Assembly (NCBI GenBank): GCA_037379345.1
Contig: CM074522.1
Location: 2,170,001 to 2,234,000, forward strand
Length of the DNA stretch: 64,000 nt
Direction of reading: 5' to 3'
From: Perna viridis
Taxonomy: Eukaryota
Shown here: in pieces, positions 13,271 through 26,549 of the stretch
Layout of the letters: each line of letters opens with the position of its first letter
How positions within the stretch are numbered: position 1 is the first letter of the stretch
Program-made: the position numbers and the translations under genes
Notes under the pieces: generated by a model
The model's input: the letters and a program-made list of their open reading frames with translations, nothing else
The model's database searches: none
Told to the model about the DNA's origin: nothing

Positions 13271-16200
13271 CAATTCACTAAAATACCAAACCTTCTTTCG
13301 TTTATAAGACTTTTTAACATCATGTGATATACATATACTTTTCGAATTATTGTGATATGAATCAAACCTAAAATAAAACCATTTATGAGATTGGTTCATA
13401 ATACGTACAACTGTCGCCATTGATATCAGGTAAATGTAAATTTTGTGAATCTCTTGGCTGTCTTTGACAAACTGTGCGGATAATTTTCACTGATATTGGT
13501 AGAAAAATTACAACGCACCTCTTCCCATGTTATGACTAAGACAACTCTTTAAAATTCAAATTCTTTAGAACACTTGTTTTTCTTGTCTATCTCATAATTT
13601 CATTACTAATATCTACTCTAGTCAAAGCGTCTTTGATCTTTGACGAAAATATCTTTTACGTATTTAAAACGGCACCTTCCTATTCATTTAACTGTATTAA
13701 CGTCGAGATAAATTTAACATAATTATTAGAACATTAAACTACATTAAAGTTAAATATTACACGAGATAAATGAACAGGTACATGTTTGTTCTCAATCGGG
13801 TAGGCTGAGGGCTCGAAAATCGAAAGCAGGTTTTTACCAATGTCATGAGATAAATCTAACATCCTGGTATTCTGCAATTTTTGCGATGCACCAAAAATAA
13901 AACTCAAGTTATCATATTTCATTCTAGATGTGATAGTATACACTGAAGTGACGTTTTTTTTTATTGACTATCTTGAGAAATGTGTTTTCTTCATTAAATG
14001 ACACATTGAACTTACAGTTTAAATTGCGTATGTAACACAATCATTCATATCCGATATAATTGAATGCAATCTTTACTGAAGAAAACTTTCCACGAGGATT
14101 TTAAACTTTGCACTTTGTAATCACCATGTTCTTCTGTATCATTCAATTTTTGTCTTTATTCTATTTTGATATTTGTATTCGTTAAAAATATTCTACTAGA
14201 CTATTCCATGGTTTTAGAAACCGATTTATTTAAATTATTTGAAATACATTTATGGTAATATCAACAACGTCTTGTATCGATCGATTTTTATATTTTATGG
14301 ATAAAAAATATAACCAATATAAATATAAGTGACATATATGTGATGGACAGGGAGTATTTAAACAACATTTTAACAACTGTTTGTGAAACATGTATCTTCT
14401 ATTTTTACCTAATTTAATTGACAATAAATATACAAACCGTTTAAAACTAATCCACAATTTATACAAATTTTATATTATTCGGCATTATTGTAATAAAATG
14501 CCATTAATAACAATTATTATTATTGTTGCGATAAACAATTAAATGGTTTTTTTTAATTCTGTTTTTATGCTATTGTTATTCAAAATATGCTTACTCGAAG
14601 ACTCTCTGTACCAATGTTATGAAATGTATTTATATATCTACACTGTTAACTACTACCCATTACCCATCTACAACACAGTCTCTGCAATGCAGACGGATAG
14701 TGAATGAATATTTGTTAGTAAAGGTATTACTAATTACTTAAAACGTGCAAATAATGACATATTAGTATTGTATTTATCAATTCAGTAATTTTGTTATTAC
14801 CCTTAATTTTTATTTTTATTTTCTCCTATTTATTGATCATGTTTTGACTATTGATTTAACAGCTTTTACCGTTGACAGTTTTATGCTGTCCAATTGTGTT
14901 CAAATCTACCAGAAATAACGAACCGGAATGGAAACAGGAGCGCGCAATTAAACCTGGTTTAACCCACCATTCTTTTCGGAAATGCCTGTACCAAGTAAGG
15001 ACAAATACAGTGGTTTCCAACTTTCTGATTTTTATCCTGCTATTGTCATTTGTTATTTGAACTTTCTTTTTTTTTATTATTTCTTTTGAATATTGATCAG
15101 ATTTTATCAGTTTGGTAATTTTGCTATAACCCGAGTCTTGTAGCAAGTTTATTGTTATATTAATTCTTATTACATTTTAATCTATAATGATTTTGCTTTC
15201 CGTCCACAATAATATCATATAATATCATATTGTTAGCATTTAACAGAGTAAAGTCACAAAATAAAATAGTAATAATTTTTTTTAAAAAAGTTCTAACTTC
15301 AATCCATCTAAGTCCAAGCAATTCATTTAAATCTTTAACATTTACATAAATATTGAAATTGTTTAACTAACAAATTGACTGTTTATTATCTTGATGAAGT
15401 TGTGACACTTGAAAACTACAGACAATAGAAACTAACAAATTATAGAATATTTGCCCATTTTTTTTAAAGAATGATGCACATGTCTACCTAAGGGGACATA
15501 ACTTCACATCCTTCATATTTGTTTTTTCTTTTATCTTTCTCATAATACAAATTGGACTTGATTATAAAACATTTTGTGAGCCATGATTATCGATGATTTT
15601 TTATTGTATAAAACAAATTCATTTGATACTTTGTAAGTTTAAGATTCACTTTACTCTTTTGGTTGGTATTAAAATAATAAGACAAATTGTCACATATGTC
15701 TAGAATCTATAAACCAAAATCCTGCTACATTTAAATGAATTACAACATTAATCTATTACAGTTAACGTTAGGGATTTCCTTTTTGAGGGAATTCTCTCGT
15801 AATCAAACTTTCATGTATAAATACAACCAATTAAAAATTAAAGTCACGGAACGCCCGCTATTTTGCAGGTATAAAAGACAGATCTAAAGTGACAATGCCG
15901 TGTCCTGATTCACCTCATAGAATATTTAATATCGTATTTTGGGTAGATACTATAATAAGACAAGATAATATAATTTTATACCTGATGTATTCATCCGCCT
16001 TAAGTGTCAGTATCTGTAAGAATCAGGCAGTGGATGGAATGTGGTATGAAAAAACCCATCATTTAGAAAGTTCAATTTGACTATTTGAGCCAACGGAACC
16101 AAGGAAAAATAACAAAATTTTCCATATCATTTTGATAAATGTAGTTATAATGTAATTGAAATGCATTGAAAATGGAAACTTCAAGGGCTAATAATTCGGA

Positions 16201-17007
16201 CAAACCTTCATTTTCTAAAATATTAAAATATTTCTGAGAAAATCCAATGATGCAGAGATCAAATAAAGGTCTTTTAGATAGGGAAAGTAACCTTGAGTGA
16301 AATTGTACTTTCAGACCGGCAGGATTTTGACATGCATGTTTCTTATTTTTGTCCCATTTTGCCTGTTTCTTACAAAAACATTCACTTAATACCGTACCAA
16401 GTAACCTTTCCATAGCAAATTTTGGCACTATTCATTCAATGAATGTAGGAAAAATCTCAATTATAAAAGTAAGGAGTACATCGTTCCTAAAATCTGCTCA
16501 ATTATCAAAAGGTATTACACTGAACAAAATCATATTTCTCAGGTAAAATAGATGCACTTGTAAAATAATTACTGATATTGAAAATGATAAAGAATATAAA
16601 TATTTTGACACTTTTTAAATGAATTTCATCTGAAGATTTATCTTCAATTCTTAAACTATCTATAGTTTGACCTTGTCGTATGGGAGAATTCATTAAAAGT
16701 ACTACTCATTTTATCATATTTTGTGATGAATACAATGACTAGAAAGTTATTTATTTTTCACATCAAAATCTGTCTAATAAAACTGATGGAATTTTGTAAA
16801 TTTTTACAGATGCACGTGTTCTGTTGTCAGTAAGTGAACCTGGACTAGCCTTTTATTATGTGAAATATTAAATGTAACTTTAGAAAAGTTTGAATCATGT
16901 AAATATTCAATATGAGATATTGCTTTTAAAGGAGTGAAATAAAATAGAAATAACAATTAAACAGAAGTTATATAGTATGTAATTTTAAAATGACAAGACT
17001 TCGAAAG

Positions 17008-17200
17008 AGTAATCAAGGGAACCAAGGTTATAGCGGTAATCAAAAGAATGTAATCCAGGGACAAAGACCAGACATGGAAAACAGACATACACAACAAAGA
17101 ACATAAAGTAACTAAAATCATACATACAAAGTAACAAAAGTAAATGAGCAACTCGGACTCCACTAAAAACTGGGGGCGTAAACCAGGTGCACCGAAGTGT
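17008..17200 (-). mobile_element. SINE-like family A, copy 3 (5'-truncated)
   Basis: Near-identical to copies 1 and 4; gives the same spurious MESELL... ORF. Confidence 0.8.
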
Positions 17201-17284
17201 TAGCAAAGCTATTCTTATCCTAGAAAATTAATAAGGAATGAACCACTAAAAAGACAAAATTTGACTGTAAAATGTGCAACAAAC

Positions 17285-17790
17285 AAATGACAGCAGTTAT
17301 ACTAATAATGAATACTAATAAAATGGACAGCATTTCAACAAAATGAATAATAAAAAAATGGACAGCATTTCAACAAATTGAATAATAATAAAATGGACAG
17401 CATTTAACAAAATGAATTACATTGAGATGGACAACACTCAAACACAGACATGAATTATAATAAGATGGACAGCATTTAAATTAAATAAATTATTACGAGA
17501 TGGACAGCATTTAAACAAAATGAATTATAATAAGATGGACAGCATGTAAACAAAATGAATTATTGTAGATGGACAGCATTTATACAAAATGAATTATTGT
17601 AGATGGACAGCATTTAAACAAAATGAATTATAATAAGATGGACAGCATTTAACCAAAATGAATTATAATAAGATGGACAGCATTTAAACAAAATGAATTA
17701 TAATAAGATGGGCAACATTTAAACCAAGAAATAAATGTGAATGTTATGGACAGCATTTAAACAAGCTAATGAATTATAGAAGATGAGCAA
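17285..17790. repeat. Minisatellite, ~35-bp unit, ~13 copies
   Basis: Unit aaaatgaattataataagatggacagcatttaaac, head-to-tail with degenerate edges. Confidence 0.92.
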
Positions 17791-18875
17791 TATTATTACA
17801 AAATTCTCTTGATAAATTGTCAATTTTCCTGTAATTCGTTTATTCTGAAAAAAATATAATGAGTATAAATCGTGTCAAATATCTTACTTACCAGGTTAGC
17901 TTTATTGTAATCATATGTCAAACTGGTCCTATTCTCTGAAAGCGTGAGAATCTGTCGGAATATTAAGTATATGGTTCCTAATTAGTACGAACAAATGTTC
18001 ATTACTATATTTCTAAAATAGGAAAAAATAGATCGACCTAAAAAGGGTGACACTCTCAAAATGTCACTTTAATTAATGAAAAAAATACAAAAATAGACCA
18101 GCCTCTACGTATATGTTACATGTGCAACTGCATATATGTGTTAAATACATGTACTTCTACATGCACTTTTGACGCATATTTAACTTTTGCGTGTTATCAC
18201 TGTGGGTTAGTAGGTCAATACTTCTAATACTGTCCTGTAAGAGATATCAAATAGATGCCAATTAATTAAACGGAGGATATACATCTTCACATGTAGGCCT
18301 CTTCCTACGTAATGTCAGATAAAAAACGTTTGAGAAACCGAGATAAAATAAAAGTAGTATAATATGATACTTAATTGCTACTAGTTTTTCGTGGCCATCA
18401 CTTACATTAACTATCTGAACCCTCCTTTATTTTACAGCAAGTGGTACCAGTCTCAACATGCAGTGTATTATATCAAATGTTGTATGAAAGGTACTTTTTT
18501 TATTTGCATATTTTGTATGTTGAAGTTGTTGTATAAGGAACGTTTTAAGCATCTTGTTTTACAGATTACGGGACATGTGCCGGAAAGATAACGACCTATT
18601 TCTTGTATGGAATCTAAATTTAAATACAAGATTGTATCAAAATTTTAATGGGCTCGATGCGTGTATCTGGTTAACCTTCATTAGTTTGTTAAAGACTAAA
18701 AGTCAAGTTAAAAAAATCGGGTTCAGTCATTTATTGAACTAATAGACGTTTAAACCACGAAAAAGATCAGTTCAAAATATAACATACGTTGCAAGTTCGA
18801 TAGACATGGTTTACACCTCTACACTAACATGCTTCAACTTCAAAGTGAATTCTAAAACAGATTGTCATGTACATT

Positions 18876-18877
<2 letters not shown>

Positions 18878-18919
<42 letters not shown>
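18878..18919. repeat. (CT)n microsatellite
   Basis: About 21 CT units. Confidence 0.97.
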
Positions 18920-18921
<2 letters not shown>

Positions 18922-20151
18922 CCTTTCACGTCTATATCTAAAGAAAATTTGTTTTAAATAATTGAATATATTTATCTTTCTATTATTGTGAAAAGTGAAT
19001 TACATATGTAAATACTCTGATTTTAGTTAATTTTTTAACAGTTTTTTTTATATAGAAACATAATTCTTTCTCTGATTTTAGTGTAACATTTACTTTCACT
19101 TTTTTATATTTCTGATGTAAAAATATTCGGGTTTTTTTTACTGTAACTTAGTATTTCTATATTTGAATGATACAGATTAAACTTTTTTAAAAATCAATAT
19201 TCTTTTACAATTTCTATTTTAATACTTGAATATAGCTTGATTTACTACATTTGTACGTTTTATGATCGAAATATCATTTTTCAAACCAATTATAATACGA
19301 TTATAGACTAATTATTGCCTTACAAATATTTATTTGACTCGATTAACAAAATGGACTTAACATTTCCACTTTGGAAACACTTAACCCCGAGCTTATATTG
19401 AAAAATCGTATTTATTAGTTAACATAAAGCATTCAATGCTACTTTGTTTGTCATGTTAAAAACAATTTCAACACATTATCAGCGCAATATGGTGAAATAA
19501 TGCGTTTAGCATCTGCGTTTAAGATGCAATTTTTCAAAGGAGATAATGATACTGTCTCATCCGCTTCATTTGGTTTAACGTACTTAAGGACTTTCAAAAT
19601 CAAGTCATTATTTGACAATGTAAAACTTAAAAGATAATTTGTTTAAAGAAGTTGTGCTCATTGTACTTTTGTGAAAAAAAAAGTCGTTTGTCGATTTCTC
19701 TGACTTTTTCTAGTGTTATGAAAATACATGCGGCAGGTGGTCGTTGTCGTATTGAACATTTATAGCTTGTGTCAAAATCATATTGCGTCAGTCTACAGAT
19801 TCATTTTTTGTTTGACTTAAATATTCGAATTTTCGAAATTTTAGTGAGACAAGTCGTGCAATGTTGAGCAATTAACGTGATTGCATTGTTGCATTAACAC
19901 ATGGAAAACTGTGTTAATTGTTTTACAGTGTAAACATACATTGCATTGTACACGCCATGTATAGAATATTGTTTTTTGTTCATGTGTTCGTGTTATATCT
20001 TTTTCTTTCTCTGTTATGAAATAACTTTGTTCTTATTCATGTCGTATAAACTGCTTAAGATGATAATTTTTCTACAATAATTAGGATCATATACCGTATA
20101 ATAATATAATTTAAAACATGCTACATGATTATTTCTTATATTGTTTTTTCT

Positions 20152-20182
<31 letters not shown>

Positions 20183-21279
20183 TTATTATCGTTGTTGTTT
20201 TTTTTAAGTCGATGTAAGGCATGGTATCTATGTTACTACAAGTATAATATTATCAACAGTGACATTTCGTATGAGTGCATATGCATTGGCCATTGAAAAT
20301 GACAGAAAAATAAAGAAAACAATATTTGTTTATCAAATTAAGATTTTGAGGATGAGTATTAATTATCATTGTTGATTTAGTGTAATTAAAATAATTATTC
20401 AGAGAACAACTTAGAAAGAATTTATCGTTTTCTGTCAAAAATCCGTTGTTTCAAATGACAGAAGTATTTATCAATGTTTACTGACCAGGAGTTCAGTTCA
20501 TGTTCTAAGATTTACAAGTTAATTCGTGAATGAATGCTTGCATTGCATATCAATTACAGTCAAACCAGTCTTTTATAACTTTTTTTTGTATTCTGCAATA
20601 ATCTGTCTTTAAAATATGACTAAAGTACATTATGTTAAATTTACCTGTAAGTATAAAGACCACCTGTTTTAAGTGAATATTATTTTGCTCTCTTTTTTGA
20701 AGATCACTTTATAAAGGCAGGGTTTTTATTGAATTTGAAAGACTTCTATGTTCACCACTTTTGGCATCATAAACAGTATATTTAAGGTAAGTTCTGTTCG
20801 TTACAGTTTTATCTTACATTTTACGATGCCATTTTTTTTCAAATATCTTCAAGAATAAGGATGGTGTGTTTTACAATAAATATCTATTGTCCATACATAT
20901 TGTCTCAGGGGCAAAATATATCTAAACATAGAATACATTGAACACATTTTACAATGCAATGAACATCTAGAACGCATGTATTTGAAAACAAATCCAATCC
21001 AATGTACAAAAATTAAGATGCAAAATCCATGTAAATACGATAGGAGCTTTCCAGAGTTATGGGCACTCTCATCGTCGGTGTGATTAAGTAAGAGACTAAG
21101 CATACATCAGAATACTTTAACAGAACAGAATTATAATGCAGAAAAGACATTCAGATACAGAATGACTCATCCGTTTTAAACCCCCACTACACATTGATCA
21201 CTGAGTCAATCCGGACAGTGCAATTCACTTACATACAATCGTTTATTATTTCCTTCCATGCACATGCATGTTGTTTGTG

Positions 21280-21570
21280 TATTTATTGCGCATCAACTAT
21301 GCGCATATCCGGTGCGTCACTGAAGTGCGCGATTCAGATTTCAAACATGCAAGATACCAATCTATTATGTGTATCTGCGACGAAGTGCAGTTTGGATTTC
21401 CGATATCTTACACGTCGGCCTGTTACGATAATCGGGAGCGGCTTCCGCTGTCAGTGAGCGCAGCAAAAAGGAATTTTAGTAGCATGTATTTTAATGGCGT
21501 TTTGTCGGGACTTTTATCTCTTGCCGGCAGCCTCCGGAAGACACGCGCAACTTCCATCTTGACCTAACCA
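21280..21570. promoter_or_regulatory. CpG-rich island-like segment with TGCGCA x2, CCGGAAG and CCATCTT motifs
   Basis: Much higher GC and CpG density than the flanks. NRF1-like TGCGCA at ~21287 and ~21300, ETS-like CCGGAAG at ~21534, YY1-like CCATCTT at ~21554. Confidence 0.3.
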
Positions 21571-24569
21571 AAGGACACTGTTGTCAAATTGTGATAATGA
21601 CTGTTTACGACTCTTTCGTATCATTTTAGACATGTAATATACTTGAGACCTCTTAAGAACATCCGTCCGTCCTTGCAAACTTTTGACTACCGAATCTCAC
21701 ATCCCTACGATAATTGTCTTTAGTTGAGGAACTACTTTAATATGATAGTGTTACGTTGGGCGTCTTTATTTTTTCTGTAGGAAATGTTGTTCAAGAGGGA
21801 CTCGAGTTACGTAGATAAAGGACCCTGTAAGGTCTTTATATATGTTTAATGCTTTGAAAATGCAAGATTAGATCTAAGAAGCTTGTTTATGTCTAACAGA
21901 TAGTAAACTTGTGAATTGTCTGATATAACATCAGACAAAACGAATGTATAACACTGAGTTTTCAGTGCAAAAAAAAACAACTTAAAAACCAAAACATAAA
22001 ACAACTTAAGCGTGGAACGTTATTGTCGCTACTTTCCCAACTGCTTCACACACATGTACCTGTCATGCTAATATGTATGATAAGGTTGTTTTTGAAACAA
22101 CAAATTAAACGAACTAATCAATAACAAATAATGAAAGTGGCAAAAGGTACCATTTAGCCTTTAATATGAAGTGCTACTCGCACAAAACTGGAAGCTCCTA
22201 CCGGTCTATGTAATAATGTTTAAAATGTATAAAACTAACAAATACAAATAGGTACATATGAGAAAAAACGAACGAAATAGGGGAAAAGGTAACAACGGAG
22301 CAAGTTCCTGTGCTGTGGCAAGGATTTTAATAAGGGATCTATATATTCCCTTTGACATACAATGCTAGTAATCTTTTGAAAATGATTTCAACAAACTGGT
22401 TTTATTCTTTTTTATGGAATCGCCTGAGATTTTTAAGTTAGCTACACGTTAAGTCTAACTTTTTTTTTCTCGTCCACCAGGAACGTGAATCTACTCCAAA
22501 CTCGAAGGTCAATGGACAAATAAGAAGGATGGAAAAGCCAATGAACATAACAAATAAATTGAACGAAAAGACACGACTAGAACATTAAAATAGCAACCCT
22601 GACTAATATGGACGAGCTTTTCGTGAAGGATAACCAAGCTACAGTGGACTACGTTTTCATGTAACTGACTGGTATAGACTAGGTGCACTGAAAACGTATG
22701 TGCTCTCTGGTTTTCTATTGAGCTCCCATAGCTACTAGCCTAATGTTTTCTGTTTGAAGAATTTACATCGGATATTCACTTCAAAAACGTAGAAATATTA
22801 AAATTTGATTTTTGCCATCCTTAAAGCTATGACGTACATGAAAAACTTGATAATGAAGTTTATTTTATAATTAGGTTTCCTGAACACGTTGTATCCAATC
22901 CATGCTAGATTTACATATCAACAATCATAAATTACAATTTATTTTCTATGCTACACAGCAAGAACAAAACGAAACGAACGAGGGCGACAATAGAATGAAG
23001 TGCAACACTTGTTTATGGTTAGAAATATCAAATTATTATGAAAACACACGTAAATTTATTGATAATTAGTTATAGTATTCAGTAAATCCCGTTAAATATG
23101 TTAAATTTATCTTTTATATGTGACTTTTGTTTTACACTAACACCATGTACTCAATGTCCTTATAACTAGACAATGCCATAAGCGGCTTTCAATTTTGCTG
23201 CACAGTTGTCCGGGTACAGTTCGTGTCTTAACCCGACGGGTTTTGCACTAATAATCCGAGTTTTAAAAACGTGACATATGAAAATCAATGAAATGAAAAC
23301 GAAATTTGTTTAGAAGAACTTCTTTTAATTCAGAACAAAATTATTATAATTCGTGTCATGACGAAAATACGCGAAGTAATATTAAGCAATGGATGACACT
23401 TTCACAATGGTTTCCTACGCTTTGTACAATTGCTGAGACGTGGGCGGGGTTTCCGAATAATAAGCATTGTCATCACATTGATCTACATTATAACCGTTTT
23501 AGTGACTTAAATAGAGGGATGTTCGGAAACTATCCTCCTTTATTCACCACAGTCTTTTGTTCGGTTGCTGACTTTTGTTCCGAAATTAAAAGTAAACAAA
23601 CCATGTTTGTTGTTAGAACTCTTGGTGGGTTTCAGGTTGGACCTATAAACAATACATTAATTGACAAGTCCTACAAATATTAGTCGACCGTCTTCCTCTT
23701 GTTGATAGACATTATTGTAAGTTGTCTTACTGTAAGTAAATGAAGCGGTGTCAAACTTCTTTTAAAACACCAAGCTTTCTTTTGCGAAGTCATTTTGAGG
23801 TGCAGTATTTACAGCGTATTTCCGCCTACGTTTTTTTAATAAGAATTAATTTGATGTTTCGTGTTAGTTCTTACTGTCTCTTTTGCCAATATGAAATACA
23901 AAGGTTTTTGGGGGCGCTGTAATGTTCAATCTGTAACATTTGTAAAATGTTTTGGATTCTTTATATAACCGAGAACTTACTAAATCAAGGCTTCGATATC
24001 ACAAGATTGTAAAATTATTCACATTTTCTTTCAACCGATACAAGGAATTCATTCTCAAATATACATGTGCTAAGGATTAATACGTGCGGATATCTCTCGC
24101 ACTTTGTTTTACGGTAATATTCAACAAAACACGGAAAACTCGATACTCACCCAATAAGTTAACTAAACCATTGAATAGGCTCATTTGTAAAGGATATAGT
24201 TATAAAATTGTTATCAATGGTTAAGGATAGCAAATTTTGGTATTAATATTGATTCGCTCATTGGGTCTCTACATAGAAATTAAAACACTTTATTTAAAAG
24301 CAGTTCTGGGTTGTGTCCTTATTATATGACTTGTGATGTATCGTGGTTTTCAACCCTGCATGGGAAGAATTGGGGTTGATTTTATATACAATGGGGACAT
24401 ATTTGTAAACTATTCTGGAGCTGGCATGTCAGTTACATTGTAACTGCTAGTTGTCTTTAGATTGTACATATGTGTAATTTATATTCAGTTTCTTTATTTT
24501 CGTTGTAACAAGGGACTCGGACCTTCTTGAACTGATTTTAAAGAGGTGGGTTGTGGTCACGCCAAAGTA

Positions 24570-24845
24570 CTTTAACCCCGCCTCATTTTTGCGCCTGTCT
24601 CGGGTCAGGAATTTCTAGATTTTGTATGTCTTGTTTTGTGTTCACCTCAAGTTTGTTTTATGTTGTATAGAGGCAACTCTTTCGCTGTACCTGTGTATAA
24701 TGGTGTTCTGGGGTCAGCTGCAGCCTGCCTTGTGGTGCGAGGATTTCCTCGAAGTTCATTGAAGACCAATGGTGGCCTTGGACTGACATTTTGATGCTAG
24801 CGGGGTTGTTGTCTGACATATTCACCATACCTATTCTCAATATAT
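24570..24845. repeat. Degenerate interspersed repeat fragment (bivalve-type)
   Basis: GC-rich block aaccccgcc...tgcgcctgtc...tcagga...ggggttgttgtc...ctattctcaat. A related motif (tttaaccc...gcctgtaccaagt) occurs at ~14950-15000. Family assignment is from memory only. Confidence 0.4.
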
Positions 24846-25128
24846 CTTCCCTTGTAATTATTTTTCACTTTAGGACTTGACCGACTTGTTGTGATATAAA
24901 GTAAACAATTTTACACCATAGTCGTGTCTACCGTGGAATATTGCTTCCGTCCCTTCAAACCTAGACTTACCATATCAAAGTGATATTATCAGATGCACTA
25001 ACAGAGGATCTTTAATTGATACGAAATGTACAAGTCAATGAAACTAATAATTGTGATAATAGTGCTGTATACATAATCTGAATTTATAAGTTGGTCTTTT
25101 ATTATTCTCTTTAGCTGTTGCTACGTAC

Positions 25129-25154
25129 GATTGATTGATTGATTGATTGATTGA
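25129..25154. repeat. (GATT)n microsatellite
   Basis: 6 GATT units. Confidence 0.9.
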
Positions 25155-25966
25155 CGATGTGTCAGTAGACTTTAAGTTCGCCTGGTCTTTTAACTGAGAA
25201 TATTGTCTGTCGTGTTATTCGCAGATCCCCCCGATTTCCCTACCGTTATAGTATATAATATGACTTGCTGCTGAACCAAGATGGTTAATCCCGCATTTTT
25301 CCCCGTTTTAAGGGCAATATATCAGTGCTTATGTATGTGCATGCGTAGGTTTTCTTCCTGTACCTTTCTGTGTTGATGTAAATTGGTGCTGTGGTTTTGT
25401 GCTGTTTTCCCTTGCTAGTTATTTGCTTTCATTTATAAATACTTTTATTATTTGTACACTACATGAGTTTTACAGTATCATTCGGTTTGCTTTAATTGAT
25501 TAATCTGTGCTGAGTTATGCTTCATTTATATAAAGAGGATTTGGGATGACAGGATCCCTTAGAAGTATACTTCAGGAAACTAAATTCAAAGGGCAATAAC
25601 TCCCACAAAATTTTAGGTTTCAGAATTTCCTGGTAATATGCACTACAACGTTTTGTATACGTAGATTCAGAAGTTTCATGACAATTGTGAGGAAATACTA
25701 TGGCATTGAAAGGACACATCAACATCCTAATACCCTCTATAACTCCATTGCATGGGATGAACTTACATGCACGTGTTTAATCTTGAGTGTCCTTCTTCAG
25801 TTGTATCCGACTACCCTTTTACTCCACATAAAGATGAATAAAATAAGTAAGTATTTAGAATTTTATTATTTTTATATTCACAATTTTCTCAAGACAATTG
25901 CAGATAACATATCACAGCAAATGCTTATGTGCAAATTTTGGAACACGTGACCATCACGTGAGGTGA

Positions 25967-25972
25967 TTTATT
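25967..25972 (-). terminator. Candidate polyadenylation signal (AATAAA) for Prdm3/16; an alternative lies at 25862-25867
   Basis: AATAAA on the minus strand about 580 nt downstream of the stop codon. Common in AT-rich DNA, so weak. Confidence 0.3.
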
Positions 25973-26069
25973 GAATGCCTTGGCAGTGATTGGTCAATAA
26001 ATTAATGAAAATATTAACAAGGATGCATTGACATGAATGATGGGTATATCAAAAAGGAGAGAATGAAAT

Positions 26070-26190
26070 GTATGTTCTCAATGAAAGTGGGTCCATGAAT
26101 CCATGAATACAAAAACTTAACATTTTTCAATGAATATTGGTCCAAGAATACAACAAAAGTAACATTTCTCAATGAAAATTGGTCCATAAT
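26070..26190. repeat. Degenerate ~42-50-bp tandem repeat (3 copies) in the probable 3' UTR
   Basis: tcaatgaa..t.ggtcca occurs three times, separated by aatacaa..aa.taacattt. Confidence 0.65.
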
Positions 26191-26549
26191 CACGTGATTG
26201 TCAAAAAGGGGGATGGGATAATCAAAACACAAGGTAGCACTTCAAACAAAAAAGATATACAAAATAAAGTATAGCACCATCGGGGCTTTTGTTATAGAGG
26301 AGCATCTAAGCATACAAAAAATAAATACAAAGGTAAAAGGAATAAATCAACAACAAAAAATACGATATTAAAAATTTTGGGACACAAAAGGGGGTTATTA
26401 AATGGATATGTATATCCATGGGAAAAATTCCTTCGCAAAATTGTAAATAAAATAATGACATTCTGAAAATAAAATGTGAATATATTAGAACACAAGTCTA
26501 TGCCCACAAATCTTAAAGCTTTAAATGCAAACTAATAAAACTGAATAGA

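Noticed and set aside
13025-13327. Phe-rich membrane-protein-like ORFs (also 689-880)
   Set aside because: Artefact of T-rich low-complexity sequence.
16081-16693. Cluster of ORFs up to 115 aa as a second gene or pseudogene
   Set aside because: No recognisable domain, stops in all frames, and no coherent splice structure.
17285-17790. 35-bp array (and the 28-bp array at 41365-41530) as a CRISPR array
   Set aside because: Head-to-tail units with no unique spacers, no cas genes, and a eukaryotic context.
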